A stretch of 64,000 nucleotides of DNA, from positions 32,508,881 through 32,572,880 of the forward strand of contig NC_092399.1 of assembly GCF_030028105.1 (NCBI RefSeq), written 5' to 3'. Position numbers and translations under genes: made by a program. Shown here piece after piece: positions 59,491-64,000 of the stretch. This DNA is from Mobula birostris (taxonomy: Eukaryota). Below the pieces are notes generated by a model. It was given only the letters and a program-made list of their open reading frames with translations. It was not told where the DNA came from and did not search any database. Each line of letters starts with the position of its first letter. Within the stretch, counting starts at the first letter, position 1.

Positions 59491-62217
59491 CTAAAAGGAA
59501 TCTCAGGGTTGTATGTGGTGAGATATACTGTATGTACTTTGATAATAAATTTACTTTAAACTTTGAACTATTACATCGGCCATATCATCGTGGGGCTTTC
59601 AAAATATTATTTCCCATTGTCTTCCTGGATAAAATCACCATACACTAGTACTTTGCCCAGTATGAAAGGACCTTTCCATAACCACAGATTCACCTGACTG
59701 GATGAGATCTCCTCTCCCTGATACTCTGTGGCACTATATACTCTACAGAGGGCTGGCTCAGTAAAGGGCAGCATGGTAAGCATAGGATTAAGGCAGTACT
59801 TTACAGTGCTAGCTGTAAGATTGGGTTCGATTCCCACCGCTGTCTATATGGTGCATGTACGTTCTCCCTGTGGCCACATGGGCTTCTTCTGGGAGCTCTG
59901 ATTTGATTCCACATTCCAAAAACGTACAGTGAATTGAAGGCATGCAATGCTGGCACCAGAAGCATGGTGATACTTGTGGGCTGCCCAGCACAATCCTCAC
60001 TGTTCTGATTTTACGCAAATAATGCATGTCACTCTATGCATGCACATGCGACAAATAAAGCTAATCTTAATCTATATTAATCTGCATGTCAGATCAGTTG
60101 AAGAGATATAGCCAGTCTTAGCAATAACATGGATCTGTGGTTCGAAGGACACCATTAGCCCAGATACCGTCTAAGCAGTTAGAGATCAGAAAGCTATCTA
60201 GTGATTTGGTTTGGAACAGGGAGAAATATCTCACAAAACCTCACAGTTATCACGGGAACAAATAAATATCCTATTTACCAGATAAGGAGCCAAGTATGAA
60301 AAGCAATTGGAAACCGAAGAGACTGTAGATGCTGGAATCTGGAGCAACAAAATACTGGAAGAACTTAATGGGTCGAGTAGCATCTTTAGGGTGGGACATT
60401 GAAACCCTGCTTTAGAACCCTGCTGAACTGCAAAGTTCCTCCAGTAGATTGCTTGTTACAAGAAACAATTAGTTATTTACAGGAAAATGTGATATTAATG
60501 CAGAGACTGATCTTGCACTTGGACGATCAATTCCCCTTTAGTGCAAGTGAGTGCTGGCATGTCACGTATGTGCTAGATTTAATGTCCTTGTGCAGGAAGC
60601 ACAGAGTATCTAATGTATGCATGCACACTTTTAACGGTGACCCTGAGGCTTTTAGTAAGTTTCCACAATACAAGTAGTTTATTTACAATTGCAACCACAG
60701 GAATGGAGCTCGTTGGAAGCTGTTCTACCTAAATGTTTGATCAACCCTATTTGGCAAGTGTTGTCATGGTGAATAATCATAAAGCTCTATTTGACCCATA
60801 TTCTTACAGTTCCCTCATTACTGAAGCTGCTATGTAGTTAAAACTTACAAAGGAAAGCAAATGTCATTGAAAAAAAAAGCCTGCATTATTAATCAGGCTA
60901 CTTAAGATCTTGCTGTTAATCTAAGTGCAAGTTTAAGATTAAAGATTAGCTTTATTTGTCACCCGTACCCTGTACATCAAAACATACAATGAAATGTATC
61001 GCTTGGGTCAAATCAAATCAGCAAAGACTGTGCTGAGCAGCTTGCAAGTGCTACCTCACTTCCAGTGCCACAAGTCGCTAACCTTAACCATAGGAGGAAT
61101 GGAGGAAACCAGAGCACCCAGAGGAAACTCACGCAGTCATGGGGAGAACGTATAAACTCCGAGAAAAACATTGGTAAGAATCAACCCCCAAGCTTACAGC
61201 CATCATTGTAAATCATTGAGCTAACCGCAACGCAAAACCTAACACTTCAGGATTATTCACGATTAATAGTAAGCATGAAGTCCTGCTTTGTTGTTAAGTT
61301 TGAGTTGCTTATGTATAGTTTACAGATGATTTAAATGTTAATCGTGAGATAAACACGAAGGTGGTTGCAAATAAAAAAGCAGATAAAAACGTGAATGCAT
61401 CAACATTTTTATGAATTGATAAATTTTGGAAGGAAAAATAAGGAAATAAAATTGAATAGTATAATTTTAAGGGGAATACTACATTATAATCTGAAATTCA
61501 TTTTGAGAAGGAAGTTCAGTTGAAAACTAGCGTTCTGAACTTAATTGACATAATAAAAGTACGATGAGGTTAAATAGGCTCAGAAAAACTGGAAAATTAC
61601 ATTAAAATCTTTGCCAATCAATGAAAATGATAAACCTTTAAAGAAACATTTCATTATAGTCAGCAACTGTAAATTTTACTGAAAAATAAGAACTTCAGAA
61701 GAAATGTCTATGACTACAGGGTAATACAGGGACTAAAATCAGTGCCCAGTTGAAAGAATTTTGGAAACCATGACATATAACCAAAATTGTAAACATAAAT
61801 TGGAAGATTTAAAGTAGCTGTGAAAGAAGTACTTTAGAAAGGATTTTCAGAATCACTGCAAGTATATAAGAAGAAATAGAGTACAAATGTAAGACTGAGT
61901 TTCTCAGAAGCAAGAGAAGTTATTATGGTAAATAAATAAGTGACTGGGGAATTAAAGAATTATTTTGCATTTGACTTTATTGTAAAATAAAGGGGAAAGG
62001 AAAATTAAGAGCCCATAACAATGAGGAAAAGCCAAAAAAATTCCTGCCCATGATAGGCAGTAGCCTGAGATCTAGGAGTGGTAGATACATGAGTGGTGAT
62101 CTTCCTACGTTCCAGACCAACATCAGCAGATTAGAAGAAAACAAGTACAAAATTCCTGCTCCAGAAAGCAGAGAGAAATAACAAAATAAAGGCCTGGACT
62201 TTTCATCAGGAGGCAAG

Positions 62218-62369
62218 AATTCATATCCCTTTATAACAGTTGAAGAATTAATATCACATCCTTGAAAAGATCAGGAGTAAAAAGCTACATTAATTCATAT
62301 CCCTTTATAACTGTTGAAGAATTAATATTCACATACTTGAATAGATCAGGAGCAAAAACTACATTAATT
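62218..62369 (+). repeat. Local tandem duplication, 2 x about 75 bp
   Basis: aattcatatccctttataac...ctacattaatt occurs twice with a few differences. Confidence 0.85.
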
Positions 62370-62634
62370 GTGAAGGCTAGTTGTAAAAATGCCATTGTTT
62401 CACTGATGACCTTCAGGGAAGGAAATGTGCTATTTTTTTACCTACTTACCCTAGCCCACCTTTGATCCTTGACACTCCAGTGTGCTCCACTTGAAGCAGC
62501 AATTTGTTCAGGTGGCAATTAGAAATGTATAACTAATACTAGCCTCATCAGTGTTACCCACATGCCAGAAATGATCGCAGACCAGATACCCTTCCTGAAA
62601 ATACTAGATTTCATTGTTATGGATATAAATCCTA

Positions 62635-63125
62635 AAGGCTTTGGAGCACCTTGACGATAGCAATACTTGTGTCTGATTGCTGTTTATCGCTTACAGCTTG
62701 GCATTTAACACCATTACTCCCTCACTGCTAATCAACAGGCTTCAAAATCTGGGCCTCTGTATCTCCTTCCACAACTGGATCCTTTACTTTCTCATCGGGA
62801 GCCCACAGTTAGGGTGGGATGGTAATAACATCCCCTCCTCAATAATAATGATCACAGGTGCACGTCAAGGATGTGGGCTTAGCCCACTACTCCACTTCCT
62901 TTCCACTCATGAGTGTGTGGCTAGGCGCAGCTTGAATGTCATCAAAAATTTTCTGATGACACCAGTGCTGTCGGCAAAATCTCAGAAGGGGATGAGGAAA
63001 TGTACAGGAGTGAGATAGATCTGTTGGTTGAGTAGAGTCACAACAACAACCTTGCACTCAATGTCAGCACAACCAAGGAAGTGATTGTGGACTTCAGGAA
63101 GAGGAAGTCAAAAAACGCACACACC
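62635..63125 (+). mobile_element. Rex1-like RT fragment
   Basis: LFIAYSLAFNTITPS...GARQGCGLSPLL. Confidence 0.85.
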
Positions 63126-64000
63126 AGAAAAAGCTCTGCTTTAGTACATTCAGTGCTGAGACTGACAAAATTTTGAAGAATAATAAGACTAGAAGAAATG
63201 GACATTAGATGGTAGGCATAATTAAGTAGACCAGTAGTCTCTAGGGACCATACAACCTCGTCCCGTTTCCACTTTTTGTGTTTTAGACCTTAAGACACAG
63301 AAGCAGAATCAGACCACTTAGCCAATCGAGTCTACTCTGCAGGGTCTGTTGTTTATTGCTTGTTACTTGTTTATTGTTAACTGAAGACAAAGTGTTCTCC
63401 TGTAGGGAATAACTAAATGTGGTCGAAGGTATCATGTATAATTGCAACTGAATTGCAGTCTTCCGGAGGGTCTAGGAAGTATAATCAGCACTCCATTAAT
63501 TTGAGTGATGACTTAGATATGACAATGGGGAATTTTCCTTTGATATGGGTAAGCAAGTGCATCAGAAGATAAAAATTAATGGCAGGAGTAAAATGATTTG
63601 GCTTTTCAAACCTGCTCCGCCATTTATCATGATCATGGCTGAGCTTCTATATCAACATCATTTTTCTGCTCTACCTGTGCGTTTTCTCTGTAAGCAAATT
63701 TCTTCTCATCTCAGTCCTAAATAGCCCCATGCTTTATTCTGGGACAATGATCATTATTCTAGATTCTTCGACCATCTTCCCAGCCTGTCAAACCCAAGTG
63801 TATTGGTACAAGGCAAGGAAAGAGAGAGGGGAATGGTATTATTACCAAGCATCTAACAACAGTAAAATGTCAGGTTTATATTTAACAAAGTACATGGTAA
63901 ATAATGTCTTCTGCCTGTAGCTCAGTTCCATAAAGTGTATGCAGCATCATTCATTCAAATTAGTCAATTACTACTTTCTCTTGGCATATAATGAGCCCAT

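Overview
Vertebrate genomic DNA; the repeat families suggest a cartilaginous fish, probably a ray (inference). The + strand carries the last five coding exons of OSCP1 (4281-9625) and the two-exon gene LSM10 (CpG-island exon 1 ending at 14892; CDS 17535-17900), the same order as in human. The remaining ~46 kb has no recognisable host exon and is dense with nested transposons: CR1, Rex1/Babar, Tx1/L1, I/Nimb, RTE-derived and Penelope-like elements, tRNA SINEs, Tc1/mariner, a Charlie-type hAT and an internally deleted Gypsy. The most notable object is a HERO-like (R2-superfamily) retrotransposon at 37970-41345 (-). It is inserted in permuted order (C-terminus, junction, N-terminus, RT). Its junction contains all hammerhead ribozyme core strands in a non-circularly permuted order, with an apparent kink-turn, followed by an 18-bp palindrome that resembles the flanking insertion site. 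Two RTE-derived elements begin at a predicted HDV-like ribozyme, and Penelope copies carry minimal hammerheads. All structures were paired by eye and repeat boundaries are approximate unless a TSD is given.
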